DNA of 64,000 bases from a bacterium (GCA_041690355.1 JAWLHK010000014.1:1-64000); one strand, 5' to 3'; positions 9,660-20,386 are shown, numbered from the stretch's first letter. Program-made: numbers and translations. The notes: generated from the letters alone by a model not told the origin.

Positions 9660-10049
9660 ATGAAACGGAACGGGCAGGACGGGAGCGCCGCCAAATCTTT
9701 TCTGATTCTCAGTCTGGTCATCGCGGGGGCCCTCGCCATCTACATGAGCTTCTTCAACGCCTCGCAGCAGATGCCCGCCGCCGGACCGGGCCCGGACAAC
9801 TTCGCCGCGCACGGGCAGATGCTCCATCGGGATATCGCGGGCATCCCCGGCGCAGCCGACTACCGGATCGAGGCCGACGAGACCCTCGAGGGGAGCGATG
9901 TCGACCTGGAGGCAGACGTCGAGCGGTGCGACATGGTTCTGCTGAACGCCGTTCACCAGACCTGCTCCATGCACCGCGTGCAGGCGCACCGCGACGGCAA
10001 GTGCACCACATCGATCCGGTTCGCCGGCGGAGAGTGCTCGCTCCCGTGA
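9660..10049 (+). CDS. Small membrane-anchored hypothetical protein
   Basis: AGGAGG RBS, N-terminal TM segment, four Cys in the C-terminal half. Confidence 0.65.
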   Translation: MKRNGQDGSAAKSFLILSLVIAGALAIYMSFFNASQQMPAAGPGPDNFAAHGQMLHRDIAGIPGAADYRIEADETLEGSDVDLEADVERCDMVLLNAVHQTCSMHRVQAHRDGKCTTSIRFAGGECSLP

Positions 10050-10585
10050 TCGGCCGTCAGTCGCCGGCCTGGGCGGCCCTTTTCGTCTCCCTCTGCGTCG
10101 GCTGCGGCACGCCGGCAGAAGAAGAGAGCGTCCGCCCGCTGGCGCCGTTTTCCGGATTTCTTCCCGTCGGGGCCGCTGAGGACCCCTTCGCCGCCCACCG
10201 TCCCGAAGCCGCCACCTGCAACCCCGACGGGTACGGGGTCGAAGACTGGAGCGGCGAGCTTGGCTTCGAGGTCGACACCGGCCTGTGTCCCTACGTGACC
10301 GCGGCACAGCCCTCTGCGAGCGCGGTTCTCGCGGGCGACCGGCTGCGCCTGCGCCTCTGGCACAACCGCCTTCTCGCGTCGTCTCCCGGCAAGGCTCATG
10401 CGGCCATCCGCATCGGATCGCACACCGTGTTCGAAGCCACGGTCGACATTCCCGCCGATGCGGGCGTGGTCGTCGAAGAGGTTGAACTGCCGTTCGAGGC
10501 GCCGCGCTCGACGCCGGTTTACTTTCACCTCCACAACCACGGCGCCAACACCTGGGTGCTGCTCGATCTGGATATCGTACGCTGA
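10046..10585 (+). CDS. Putative lipoprotein with His-rich C-terminal motif
   Basis: GTGA overlap with the upstream stop; lipobox-like CVG-C; FHLHNHGANTW. Confidence 0.7.
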   Translation: MIGRQSPAWAALFVSLCVGCGTPAEEESVRPLAPFSGFLPVGAAEDPFAAHRPEAATCNPDGYGVEDWSGELGFEVDTGLCPYVTAAQPSASAVLAGDRLRLRLWHNRLLASSPGKAHAAIRIGSHTVFEATVDIPADAGVVVEEVELPFEAPRSTPVYFHLHNHGANTWVLLDLDIVR

Positions 10586-10601
10586 GGCCTTCGCTTCTCT
10601 C

Positions 10602-13178
10602 ATGAACCAGCTTGCCGATATCGGGCCCGTATCCGGACTATCGGCCGAAGAGGCCGGGCAGCGCCTGCGCGCCGAGGGATACAATGAGCTTCCCTCTGAA
10701 AAGCCGCGCAGCGCCTGGGCAATGGCGAAGGATATCCTGCGCGAACCGATGCTCTTTCTGCTGCTGGTCGCCGGCGGCGCATACCTTCTTCTCGGTGACC
10801 TGCAGGAGGCGCTGCTGCTGCTCGCCGCGATCCTCGCCATCCTGGGAATCACGTTTTATCAGGAACGGAAGACCGAGCGGGTGCTCGAGGCGCTGCGTGA
10901 TCTGTCGAGCCCCCGCGCTCTCGTTATCCGCGATGGCGAGGCACGCCGGGTTCCGGGACGTGAAGTGGTGCGCGGTGACGTCGTCGTCGTGAGCGAGGGA
11001 GACCGCGTACCCGCCGACGGCGTGCTCTTCTGGGCCATGTCGCTCGAGGTCGATGAGTCGCTGCTCACCGGAGAATCGGTCTCGGTGCGCAAGACCCCCA
11101 CGGCCGAACGACCCGGGATGGAGCGTCCCGGCGGCGCCGAAACCCCTTTCGTCTATTCCGGAACCCTGGTCGTGCGCGGGCAGGGCATGTTTCGCGCCCA
11201 GGGGGTCGGGGCCGAATCGGAACTGGGCCGCATCGGACGCGCCCTGCAGACCGTCGGCGAAGAACGCAGTCCGCTGCAGAAGGAAACCGGACGCATGGTG
11301 CGCCTGCTTGCCGTGCTTGGCCTCCTGCTGTGCTCGACCGTTGTCCTGTTCATGGGTGTGCTGCGCGGCGACTGGCTCGAAGCGGTGCTCGCGGGCATCG
11401 CGCTGGCCATGTCGATGCTCCCCGAAGAGTTCCCCGTTGTCCTGACGGTGTTTCTTGCGCTGGGGGCCTGGCGCATCTCGCGGTCGAACGTGCTCACGCG
11501 CCGGGTGGCGGCCATCGAGACGCTCGGCGAAGCGACGGTGCTGTGCGTCGATAAGACGGGCACCCTCACGGAAAACCGCATGGCCGTGCGTGCGCTCGAT
11601 ACCGGCGACGCCGTCTGGAATCTGACTGCGGAACAAGGTCCGATACCCGAGGAGTTTCACAGGCTGGTCGAGTTCGCGATCCTGGCCGGACAGCGCGACC
11701 CGGTCGATCCGATGGAGAAGGCCTTGCGTTCGCTGGGCGACCGCTGCCGCGAGCTGGCCGAACATCTGCACGACGACTGGGCCGCCGTGCGCGAATATCC
11801 GCTGTCGCGTGAGCTGCTGGCTCTCTCGCTGGTGTGGAAGGCCCGCGACGACACGGCCTTCATCGTCGCTTCCAAGGGGGCGCCGGAGTCTATCTTCGAC
11901 CTCTGCCATCTTGCGCCGGAACGCATCGCGGCGCTCTCCTCGCGGGTCGACGCCCTGGCCGCGCGCGGACTGCGCGTACTCGGGGTCGCCCGCGGACGGC
12001 ATCCCGACGGCGCGCTGCCTTCAGGGCAGCATGATTTCACCTTCGACTTCGTGGGCCTGATCGCCTTTGAAGATCCGGTGCGCCCCGAGGTGCCCGATGC
12101 CATCGGCGAGTGCTATCAGGCGGGCATTCGCGTGGTCATGATTACCGGCGACCATCCCGCGACGGCCACCAGTATCGGCGCCGCTATCAGACTTCCCGAT
12201 CCGAACGCCGTGCTGACCGGCGCAGAAGTCGATGCCATGCCCGAGAGTACCCTCGTGCAGCGCGTCGGCGACACCGATATCTTCGCCCGCAGCACGCCCG
12301 AGGGTAAGCTGCGCCTCGTTCGGGCGCTGCAGGCGCGGGGAGACGTCGTGGCCATGACCGGCGACGGGGTCAACGATGCACCGGCCCTGAAGGCCGCCCA
12401 CATCGGCATCGCCATGGGACAGCGGGGCACCGACGTCGCGCGTGAGGCGGCCTCGCTGGTCCTGCTCGGCGACGACTTCGGTTCCATCGTGGCCACGATT
12501 CGGCTGGGCCGGCGCATTTTTCAGAACATCCGCAAGGCGATGGCCTACATCATCGCCGTTCACGTACCCATTGCCGGCATGGCGCTCATCCCGGTACTGC
12601 TGGGATGGCCGCTCGTGCTTCTCCCGGTGCACATCGTCTTTCTCCAGCTCATCATCGACCCGGCCTGTTCCCTGGTTTTCGAGGCCGAGCCCGGTGAAAG
12701 GGACCTCATGCGCCGCGGGCCCCGAGACCCCCGCGAGCCGCTCTTCGGCCGCCCGCTGCTGCTGACCAGCCTGCTCCAGGGGCTCGTCATGCTCGGCGTT
12801 GCGTTGCTGATCCATCTGCAGGCCGACCGGCTCGGCTATGGCGAGGGGGGGGCCCGCGGGCTCACCTACACGGCGCTCATCACCGGCAATCTCGGGCTGA
12901 TCCTGATCAACCGCTCGCATGTGGAATCGATTGTTGCCGGGCTGCGCACGCCCAATCGGGCGTTGTGGGCGGTATTCGGCGGCGCCACAGGCATTCTGGC
13001 GGCGATCTGGGCGATCCCTTACGTGCGGGACGAACTGTTCGATTTCGCGCCGGTCGCTCCGGGGGCGGTTCTGCTGGCCGCCGCCGCCGGGTGGTTCAGC
13101 GTGTTCTGGTTCGAAGGCTTGAAGCTGGTCCGGCGACGCCGCGGTTTCCCCGGGAAAGCCGCCCACAACCACGCCTGA
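10602..13178 (+). CDS. Cation-translocating P-type ATPase (Ca2+-type, subclass II)
   Basis: DESLLTGES, PEEFP, DKTGT phosphorylation site, KGAPE, TGDH, GDGVNDAPALK. Confidence 0.95.
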   Translation: MNQLADIGPVSGLSAEEAGQRLRAEGYNELPSEKPRSAWAMAKDILREPMLFLLLVAGGAYLLLGDLQEALLLLAAILAILGITFYQERKTERVLEALRDLSSPRALVIRDGEARRVPGREVVRGDVVVVSEGDRVPADGVLFWAMSLEVDESLLTGESVSVRKTPTAERPGMERPGGAETPFVYSGTLVVRGQGMFRAQGVGAESELGRIGRALQTVGEERSPLQKETGRMVRLLAVLGLLLCSTVVLFMGVLRGDWLEAVLAGIALAMSMLPEEFPVVLTVFLALGAWRISRSNVLTRRVAAIETLGEATVLCVDKTGTLTENRMAVRALDTGDAVWNLTAEQGPIPEEFHRLVEFAILAGQRDPVDPMEKALRSLGDRCRELAEHLHDDWAAVREYPLSRELLALSLVWKARDDTAFIVASKGAPESIFDLCHLAPERIAALSSRVDALAARGLRVLGVARGRHPDGALPSGQHDFTFDFVGLIAFEDPVRPEVPDAIGECYQAGIRVVMITGDHPATATSIGAAIRLPDPNAVLTGAEVDAMPESTLVQRVGDTDIFARSTPEGKLRLVRALQARGDVVAMTGDGVNDAPALKAAHIGIAMGQRGTDVAREAASLVLLGDDFGSIVATIRLGRRIFQNIRKAMAYIIAVHVPIAGMALIPVLLGWPLVLLPVHIVFLQLIIDPACSLVFEAEPGERDLMRRGPRDPREPLFGRPLLLTSLLQGLVMLGVALLIHLQADRLGYGEGGARGLTYTALITGNLGLILINRSHVESIVAGLRTPNRALWAVFGGATGILAAIWAIPYVRDELFDFAPVAPGAVLLAAAAGWFSVFWFEGLKLVRRRRGFPGKAAHNHA

Positions 13179-13190
13179 AGGAGTAGGCTT

Positions 13191-14090
13191 ATGCGACTTG
13201 CGCTCATCGGCGACATCCACGGCTCCTGGGACGAACGGGATACCGACTGGTTCAACGGAAGCGACCTCGACGGCGTGCTCTTCACGGGCGACCTGCCGAG
13301 AACGATCGGCAACGAGGCTTTCCGCGTAGCCGAACATCTGGCCGCCCTCCGGCTCCCCACGGCCGTCATCGCGGGGAATCACGATTGCGCGACGGCGGTC
13401 GCCTTCGGCGGAGAGCTGCTGGGCCGCGACTTTCCGTCCCGGATATCGGCGGGGGCCATGGCGCGCCGCTACCTTCGCCTGCGATCGATTCTCGGCGACC
13501 GCCTCGTCGGCTACAGCGCGGCGCGCGTGGGCGATCTGGCGGTTCTCGGGGCCCGCCCCTTTGCCATGGACGGCCGTCGGCTCAGCTTCGCCCCGGCGCT
13601 CGAGCGCCTGTTCGGCGTGCATTCCCTCGAACAATCCGCGCAGAAGCTCTGTGACCTGGCCGACGGAACCCCCGGCGAGCTGATCGTGCTCGCGCACAAC
13701 GGACCCGCCGGGCTCGGGGCGCGCCGCGGGGATATCTTCGGCGTCGACTTTCGCGCCGACGAGGGAGACAACGGCGACGCGGATCTGCGGGCGCTTCTCC
13801 ATCATGCCGGCGGCCGGGTGCGTCTGGTGGTCGCCGGACACATGCATCACCGCGTCAGGGGGCAGCGCGCGCGGCGGCCTGTCGCGGTCGTCGAAGGGGG
13901 CGCGCTGATGGTCAACGCCGCGCGCGTACCGCGCCACCGCGAAGGCCGCGGCTATTTCGTGGACGTGGACATTCCGCCCGCCGGGATGCCTCGGGTGCGG
14001 GAAGCGACGTATCCGCTGAACGGGGCGGGTGCGGTAGAATGGACGGATGTGCAGCCGCAACCCCTCAGGGCTGAAGCGGGGAACGCGTGA
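13191..14090 (+). CDS. Calcineurin-like metallophosphoesterase
   Basis: GDIHG, TGDL, GNHD, AHNGP and GHMH motifs; AAGGAG RBS. Confidence 0.9.
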   Translation: MRLALIGDIHGSWDERDTDWFNGSDLDGVLFTGDLPRTIGNEAFRVAEHLAALRLPTAVIAGNHDCATAVAFGGELLGRDFPSRISAGAMARRYLRLRSILGDRLVGYSAARVGDLAVLGARPFAMDGRRLSFAPALERLFGVHSLEQSAQKLCDLADGTPGELIVLAHNGPAGLGARRGDIFGVDFRADEGDNGDADLRALLHHAGGRVRLVVAGHMHHRVRGQRARRPVAVVEGGALMVNAARVPRHREGRGYFVDVDIPPAGMPRVREATYPLNGAGAVEWTDVQPQPLRAEAGNA

Positions 14091-14452
14091 GTGATCCCTC
14101 TGCCGGGCCGGGCGCGCCGGCGGCCGGTGAAACGGCGCAGCGCGACGAACGGCTGACGCTCGTCGTGAGGGATCCCGCGCGAGCGTCGTTCGCTTCGAAT
14201 CTTGCCTCTCTGGCCGCGCGCCAGAAGGTTCGCCAGCGGGTACGCGAAGAGCGCGGCCGTCAGCAATCGCTGTTCGTGGTCGATGTGCGGGGCACCGATG
14301 AGGCCCTGCGGCAGTTCAAGGGCGCGCTGGCGCTGATCGTCGACCAGCCGGCCACCGTGCCTGCAAGGCCGCGCCTGCCGCGCCCGGTCGTGGCCGCCCT
14401 CTGGTTTTTCGGCGGACTGGCCGCCGTTCTGTCGCTGTTCGCGCTCTCGTAA
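14087..14452 (+). CDS. Hypothetical protein with C-terminal TM anchor
   Basis: GTGA overlap with the upstream stop; hydrophobic C-terminus. Confidence 0.6.
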   Translation: MSDPSAGPGAPAAGETAQRDERLTLVVRDPARASFASNLASLAARQKVRQRVREERGRQQSLFVVDVRGTDEALRQFKGALALIVDQPATVPARPRLPRPVVAALWFFGGLAAVLSLFALS

Positions 14453-14467
14453 GCGCGAAAGGAGACG

Positions 14468-16321
14468 TCAGGAATCGATCTTGCTCACATCGCGCACGGC
14501 GCCGCGCGACGCGCTCGTGGTCATGGCGGCATACGCGCGCAGGGCCGGCGAGACCTGGCGTTCGCGGGCCGCCGGTTTCCATGCGGCGGCGCCTTTCGCC
14601 TCCATGGCCTTGCGGCGGCGGGCCAGCTCGTCTTCGCTGACGCGCACGGCGATGCGGCGGCCGGGGATATCGATATCGATCATGTCACCCTCTTCGACGA
14701 GGCCGATGGCGCCCCCTTCGGCCGCTTCGGGAGAAACGTGCCCGATGGACAGACCGCTCGTGCCGCCCGAAAAGCGTCCGTCGGTAATCAGCGCGCACGC
14801 CTTGCCGAGCCCCTTGGATTTCAGGTAGCTCGTGGGGTAGAGCATCTCCTGCATGCCGGGGCCGCCGCGCGGCCCTTCGTAGCGGATGAGCACGACGTCA
14901 CCCTCTTTGATCTTCCCGAGCAGGATGGCCTGGACGGCGTCTTCCTGGCTCTCCATGATGCGCGCGGGGCCCGAGAACTTGAGGATGCTCTCGTCGACGC
15001 CGGCCGTCTTCACGATGCAGCCGTCTTCGGCCAGGTTGCCGAAGAGCACGCAGAGGCCGCCGTCCTTGCTGTAGGCGTGGGCGACGTCGCGGATGCAGCC
15101 GTTTTCGCGGTCCAGATCGAGGTCGGGCCACCGGGTCGCCTGGCTGAACGGATCCTGCGTCGGAATCCCGGCCGGGCCGGCGCGGAAGAACTCGACGACT
15201 TCGTTGGCCTTCGTCACCTTGACGTCCCAGGCTTCGAGGGCGGCGGCGAGGCTCGGGCTGTGCACCATCCTGACGTCGGTGTGCAGCAGGCCGCCGCGGG
15301 CCAGTTCGCCCAGGATCCCGAAGACGCCGCCGGCGCGGTGCACGTCTTCCATGTGATAGCGCTGGGTCGACGGGGCGACCTTGCACAGGTTGGGGACCTT
15401 GCGCGACAGGCGGTCGATCTCGGCCACCGTGAACGGAATGTTTCCCTCCTGGGCCGCGGCGAGCAGGTGCAGCACGGTATTCGTCGAGCCGCCCATGGCG
15501 ATGTCGAGGCTCATGGCGTTCTCGAACGCCTTGACGCCGGCGATGTTGCGGGGCAGGACCGACTCGTCGTCCATCTCGTAGTAGCGGCGGGCCAGTTCGA
15601 CGATCAGCCGGCCTGCGCGCAGAAAGAGCTCCTTGCGGTCGGCGTGCGTGGCCAGGGTCGACCCGTTGCCGGGAAGGGAAAGGCCGAGCGCTTCGGTCAG
15701 GCAGTTCATGGAGTTGGCCGTGAACATGCCCGAACAGGAGCCGCACGTCGGACAGGCCGAGCGTTCAACCTGCGCGACGACCTCGTCGCTGATGCGATCG
15801 TCGGCGGCCATGACCATGGCGTCGACCAGATCGAGCTTCACGTCTCCCTTGTCGGCCAGGCGGGTCTTGCCGGCTTCCATCGGCCCCCCCGAGACGAACA
15901 CGACGGGGATGTTCAGGCGCATTGCGGCGAGCAGCATGCCCGGCGTGATCTTGTCGCAATTCGAGATGCAGACGATGGCGTCGGCCTGGTGGGCATTCAC
16001 CATGTACTCCACCGAGTCGGCGATGAGCTCGCGCGAGGGGAGGGAGTAGAGCATGCCGCCGTGCCCCATGGCGATGCCGTCGTCGATGGCGATCGTATTG
16101 AACTCCTTGGCGATGCCGCCGGCGGCTTCGACCTCGCGCGCCACGAGCTGGCCCAGGTCCTTGAGGTGCACGTGGCCGGGCACGAACTGCGTGAACGAGT
16201 TGGCGACGGCGATGATGGGCTTGCCGAAGTCTTCGTCTTTGACGCCGGTGGCGCGCCACAGCGCGCGGGCACCGGCCATGTTGCGTCCGTGGGTCGTCGT
16301 GCGGGAACGATATGCGGGCAT
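14468..16321 (-). CDS. ilvD: Dihydroxy-acid dehydratase
   Basis: [60 protein letters not shown]. Confidence 0.98.
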   Translation of the reverse strand: MPAYRSRTTTHGRNMAGARALWRATGVKDEDFGKPIIAVANSFTQFVPGHVHLKDLGQLVAREVEAAGGIAKEFNTIAIDDGIAMGHGGMLYSLPSRELIADSVEYMVNAHQADAIVCISNCDKITPGMLLAAMRLNIPVVFVSGGPMEAGKTRLADKGDVKLDLVDAMVMAADDRISDEVVAQVERSACPTCGSCSGMFTANSMNCLTEALGLSLPGNGSTLATHADRKELFLRAGRLIVELARRYYEMDDESVLPRNIAGVKAFENAMSLDIAMGGSTNTVLHLLAAAQEGNIPFTVAEIDRLSRKVPNLCKVAPSTQRYHMEDVHRAGGVFGILGELARGGLLHTDVRMVHSPSLAAALEAWDVKVTKANEVVEFFRAGPAGIPTQDPFSQATRWPDLDLDRENGCIRDVAHAYSKDGGLCVLFGNLAEDGCIVKTAGVDESILKFSGPARIMESQEDAVQAILLGKIKEGDVVLIRYEGPRGGPGMQEMLYPTSYLKSKGLGKACALITDGRFSGGTSGLSIGHVSPEAAEGGAIGLVEEGDMIDIDIPGRRIAVRVSEDELARRRKAMEAKGAAAWKPAARERQVSPALRAYAAMTTSASRGAVRDVSKIDS

Positions 16322-16507
16322 GGAAATCTCCGTCCGGTCCGTGCTGAATCCGTGCTGAAGGAAAGAAGATTATTATACTGGCTGCGCCGGGGCGGGGAAA
16401 GAATTCGTCCGCCCCGTCGCGCCGGAGGACCGTTTCGCAGAGCAGCGCGCCCGCTCTCTCTGCGCCGAGCTTCGCCGCGGGGGGCCGCGCCGCCCACAAT
16501 GGTGTTC

Positions 16508-17614
16508 ATGGCTGCCTCCGGTTCTGAAGCCGTGACCCGGCGCGAACGCTGGCGCAGGCGCCTGTCGCGCCGCGGGTGGAAGATCGCCCTCGGCGTCGTG
16601 CTGGTGCTGCTGGCCGCGCGCGCCGCCCTGCCGTTCTATCTCGAACACGTGATCGAGCAGAAACTCGCGGCGCTCGAAGACTACGACGGCGAAGTGGAGG
16701 ACGTCGATCTCAACCTGTGGCGCGGCGCGTATGAAATTGAGGGGCTGCGCATCGTGAAGACCGACGGCCGGGTACCCGTGCCGTTTCTCTTCGTGCCGAA
16801 AACCGATATCTCCGTGCAGTGGAATGCGCTGATTGACGGCGCCGCGGTGGGTGAACTCGTTCTGCACGAGCCGGCGCTGAATTTCGTCGAGGGGCGCACC
16901 CCCGAAGAAAGCCAGACCAAGCCGCCCGGCAACTGGTTCGATGCCGTACAGCAGCTTTTCCCCCTTCGCCTGAACCGTTTTGCCGTTCATGGCGGTGAGA
17001 TTCACTATCGGAACCTGAAAGCCGACCCCGAGATTGATATTTATCTTGGCAACCTCGAAGCCGAGGCGGCGAATCTGACCAACAGCGAAGACCTTGCTGA
17101 CGATCTCCCCGCCCGGCTGCAGGCCCGGGCGACCGCCATGGAACAGGGGCGGCTGCGCCTCGACCTGCAGCTCGACCCTTTCGCCGAGCGCCCGACGTTC
17201 GATCTGGCCGCCCGGCTTCAGGGGCTCGACCTGACGGAGCTCAACCCCTATCTGCGAGATGCGGCGAATTTCGACGTGCACCGCGGCAGGCTCGACGCCT
17301 ATGCCGAAGTCGCTTCTGCCGAGGGGGAATTCAAGGGGTACGTCAAGCCGTTTCTCACCGACGTCGATGTCGTACGCTGGCAGGAGGACGTCGAAGAGAA
17401 GGGCCTGCTACAGACGTTGTACGAATCACTCGTCGGCGTCGGGGCCGACCTGCTTCAGGGAGAGCGCGGGCAGGCCGCCCGCATTCCCCTCGAGGGGACC
17501 TTTGAGGATCCGGACGTCGACGTCTGGGGGGCCATCGGGTCGGCGCTGCGGAATGCATTCATCCAGGCGCTGGTTCCGGGTCTGGAGGGATCGATCGGGT
17601 TGCGCAGCGGATGA
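16508..17614 (+). CDS. DUF748/AsmA-like envelope protein
   Basis: N-terminal TM anchor, then beta-rich DVDLNLWRGAY...GYVKPF...LRNAFIQAL; start could be 16499. Confidence 0.8.
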   Translation: MAASGSEAVTRRERWRRRLSRRGWKIALGVVLVLLAARAALPFYLEHVIEQKLAALEDYDGEVEDVDLNLWRGAYEIEGLRIVKTDGRVPVPFLFVPKTDISVQWNALIDGAAVGELVLHEPALNFVEGRTPEESQTKPPGNWFDAVQQLFPLRLNRFAVHGGEIHYRNLKADPEIDIYLGNLEAEAANLTNSEDLADDLPARLQARATAMEQGRLRLDLQLDPFAERPTFDLAARLQGLDLTELNPYLRDAANFDVHRGRLDAYAEVASAEGEFKGYVKPFLTDVDVVRWQEDVEEKGLLQTLYESLVGVGADLLQGERGQAARIPLEGTFEDPDVDVWGAIGSALRNAFIQALVPGLEGSIGLRSG

Positions 17615-17619
17615 CGAGG

Positions 17620-17653
17620 AAGTGACGAGTTACGAGTGACGAGTGACGAATGC
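17620..17653. repeat. AGTGACG-type heptamer array; 34 bp identical to 34452-34485
   Basis: aagtgacgagttacgagtgacgagtgacgaatgc present at both loci. Confidence 0.9.
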
Positions 17654-17693
17654 CGGGAACCGGCTTGGTCACCTCGGTACACAGACTCGAACC

Positions 17694-17728
17694 ATTGACA
17701 ATCTACAATTTACGATTGACGATTGCCG
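17694..17728. repeat. ATTGACG-type heptamer array x5
   Basis: ATTGACA ATCTACA ATTTACG ATTGACG ATTGCCG. Confidence 0.85.
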
Positions 17729-17846
17729 GCAAGGACCCGGCGAGGAACCATCCGTTCGCCTCGAGCTGACCGACCGGAGCAGGGCGGAGGTCGACAGCGA
17801 GAGGGCTCACAGGAGCGTCCAAGAATCTGTCTCGCCGTCGCTCAGC

Positions 17847-17872
17847 AGTGCCGAGTTACGAGTGACGAGTAC
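17847..17872. repeat. AGTGACG-type heptamer array x3-4
   Basis: AGTGCCG AGTTACG AGTGACG AGTAC, abutting the stop of the minus-strand gene. Confidence 0.8.
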
Positions 17873-18838
17873 CTAGGCAACCGAGAGCACGATCTTTCCG
17901 CGGGCGTGGCCGGTCTTGCTGTAGGCCATGGCGGCCTCGATGTCTTCGAGGGGGAACACCCGATCGACGACCGGCCGGATGGCGCCCGATTCCACCAGCC
18001 GACCGATCTCCTCCAGTTGCCGTCCCAGGGGGAGCGCGACAAATGTCGTCGTCGGGGTGAGCGGCACGCCGGGGATTCTCGAAACAAGCGTACTCAGGAG
18101 GATCGGAGTACTGTTCACCGTGCTCAGGAATTGCCCGCCGGGTTTGAGAATCTGCCGGACCGACCAAGGGGTCAGGGTGCCGATGGTGTCGAAGACGACG
18201 TCGAAACGCGCTCCGGTGGCGAGCACATTCTCGCGGGTATAGTCGAGGATCGTTTCCGCGCCCAGCGACGCGACGAGCTCGATGTTCTTCGTGCTGCACA
18301 CTGCCGTCACGTGTGCGCCCCAGGCGCGCGCGATCTGCACGGCCTGCGAGCCCACGCCCCCCGAGCCGCCGACGATGAGTACGTGCCGGCCTGCGCCGAG
18401 CCTGCTCACCTTGAGAAACTGCCAGGCCGTCAGTGCGGCCATCGGCAGGCTCGCCGCTTCCTGGTGACTGACGTTCCGCGGTTTGCGAGCCGCCATCCGG
18501 TGGTCGAGGGCAAGATACTCGCCGAAGGCGCCCGTTTTCATGCTCATGGCGTACACATCGTCGCCGGCCTTGAACCGGGTCGCCCGGGGCCCCGCTTCGA
18601 CCACGGTGCCCGAGAGGTCGTGGCCGAGCGTGAGCGCCGGCAGCGGAACCGGAAGCCTGTAGATCCGCTTCAGCGTATCGTAATACTTCCAGTCGTGCGG
18701 GTTCAGGCTGCTGGCGCGGATCCGGACGACGATCCGGCTGCCGCTCGCTTGCGGAACGGTGCGCTCCCGGTATTCGAGCCTGCCGTGGCTACTGCCGTCA
18801 AACATCATGCTGCGCATTTTTTTGGCTTCCGCACGCAT
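17873..18838 (-). CDS. NADP-dependent oxidoreductase (MDR/quinone reductase-like)
   Basis: SSLNPHDWK, LGHDLSG, GAFGEY, GGSGGVG nucleotide-binding loop, GHARGKIVL. Confidence 0.92.
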   Translation of the reverse strand: MRAEAKKMRSMMFDGSSHGRLEYRERTVPQASGSRIVVRIRASSLNPHDWKYYDTLKRIYRLPVPLPALTLGHDLSGTVVEAGPRATRFKAGDDVYAMSMKTGAFGEYLALDHRMAARKPRNVSHQEAASLPMAALTAWQFLKVSRLGAGRHVLIVGGSGGVGSQAVQIARAWGAHVTAVCSTKNIELVASLGAETILDYTRENVLATGARFDVVFDTIGTLTPWSVRQILKPGGQFLSTVNSTPILLSTLVSRIPGVPLTPTTTFVALPLGRQLEEIGRLVESGAIRPVVDRVFPLEDIEAAMAYSKTGHARGKIVLSVA

Positions 18839-18964
18839 TGGATACCCTTCGTTTCTATACCAAACCACTGTGAGCGGTCATGCGCAAGCTCGCCGGAACG
18901 ATCGGTCACGCGGCGTGCATCCTCATCGTTGCCCCATCGGGTGACAAAGGGATATACTCGCAGG

Positions 18965-20386
18965 GTGCTTCTGACCATCGATGTCATTTCCCTCCTTGGC
19001 TTCTTTGCCTCGCTCAACCTGATTTACCTCGGGGTCATTGCCTGGTGGGAAGATCGCTCACTTCTTGCGACCCGGATCTTTGTGGCCATGGCCCTCCTTT
19101 CGGCCTGGTCGGCGTTTACCATCGCACTGGTGTATTCAGGGGTCGCACTCGCTCATCCGCGTCTGCTTTTCCTTTCGCAGCTGCTCTCCGGCTTCAACGG
19201 CCCCTTGCTCCTGCTCTTCACGTTGGCCTATCTGGGGGTCCTGACGCAGTGGCGTGCGCGCTACTTCTGGATTCTGCTGCCCGGCGCCTTTGGCACCGTC
19301 GGCTTTCTGCGGATCTTGACGAAAGCCATGACGGACGGCGAACTGACGCGTCTGCGGGAGGGTCTGCAAGCCTTCCTGATGACCGGCGAAAGTCCGAGTG
19401 CACTGTTTGTCGAGTTGTATGGACGAGGCTTCGGGCTCCTGCAGACCGGACATTCGCTGCAGTGGCTCATCTTCACCCTGGTGAGTATCGGGGCCTATCT
19501 GCGCTACGCATCGCGGGCTTCCGATCGCACCACCGGGGGTGAGGCTCGCCTGCTCGCGCTCATCTTCGCGACCATGCTTGCCGCCGTTTTCTTCGCGAAC
19601 ATCATGCCCTGGCTGGGCGGAGCGTCTTACTGGCCGCGTCTTGCACCGGTTCTCAGTCTTCCCTTTGTTTTCGTACTGTGGACGTTTCTGCAGCGTCGCA
19701 TTGCGACGGCCAAGCGTCTGAAAGCAGAGCGCGAAACGCTTGCGGCCTATCTGCCTGCGACCGCGGTGCAGCACATTCTGGCCGAAGGGGAAGGCACTTC
19801 AGGGGCGCGGCGTATGGAGGCAGCGGTTCTTTTTACCGACATCCGCGGATTCACCACCCTGAGCGAACATATCGAGCCGGCCGCGCTGGTGCAATGGATC
19901 GATCGGTACTTCGGCAAGATGACCGAAATCATTCTTGAAGAAGACGGCATGGTCGACAAGCTGATCGGAGACGCGATTCTGGCCGTCTTCGGCGTTCCCT
20001 ATGAAGTTGCCGGCCCCTGTGAACGTGCATGGCGTTCGGCCCTGCGGATGCAGACCGCGCTCGACGACCTGAACCGCGAATGCCCGCCCGCGTCCGGCGT
20101 CACGATACGAATGGGCATCGGCATCCATTTCGGACCCTTGATCGCAGGCAGCGTCGGGCGCAAGCAACGCACGTTCACGATTTTCGGCGATACCGTCAAT
20201 ACGACCAACCGTCTGGAGGCGATGACGAAATCGGTCGGCGCCGACATCGTGGTCTCCGAAGAGGTCTACAGGCGGCTGCCGAAGGAAGAGCAGGAGCGCT
20301 TTTCGCCTCTTGGCGCCCTCGAACTTCGGGGAAAAGCCGCCCCGATGTCGCTGTACGGGTTCGGTCAGGCCGCCAGGACGACATGA
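18965..20386 (+). CDS. Class III adenylate/guanylate cyclase with multi-TM N-terminal sensor region
   Basis: FTDIRGFT, DKLIGDAILAVFG, GIGIHFG, FGDTVNTTNRLE; about 7 N-terminal TM helices; GTG start approximate. Confidence 0.9.
   Translation: MLLTIDVISLLGFFASLNLIYLGVIAWWEDRSLLATRIFVAMALLSAWSAFTIALVYSGVALAHPRLLFLSQLLSGFNGPLLLLFTLAYLGVLTQWRARYFWILLPGAFGTVGFLRILTKAMTDGELTRLREGLQAFLMTGESPSALFVELYGRGFGLLQTGHSLQWLIFTLVSIGAYLRYASRASDRTTGGEARLLALIFATMLAAVFFANIMPWLGGASYWPRLAPVLSLPFVFVLWTFLQRRIATAKRLKAERETLAAYLPATAVQHILAEGEGTSGARRMEAAVLFTDIRGFTTLSEHIEPAALVQWIDRYFGKMTEIILEEDGMVDKLIGDAILAVFGVPYEVAGPCERAWRSALRMQTALDDLNRECPPASGVTIRMGIGIHFGPLIAGSVGRKQRTFTIFGDTVNTTNRLEAMTKSVGADIVVSEEVYRRLPKEEQERFSPLGALELRGKAAPMSLYGFGQAARTT

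Noticed and set aside
14738-16507. Long N-terminal extension of the DUF748-like ORF
   Set aside because: Antisense to ilvD; the real protein begins near 16499-16508
17723-18964. N-terminal extension of the cyclase ORF (apparent 887-aa protein)
   Set aside because: Overlaps the oxidoreductase on the opposite strand; not a true fusion
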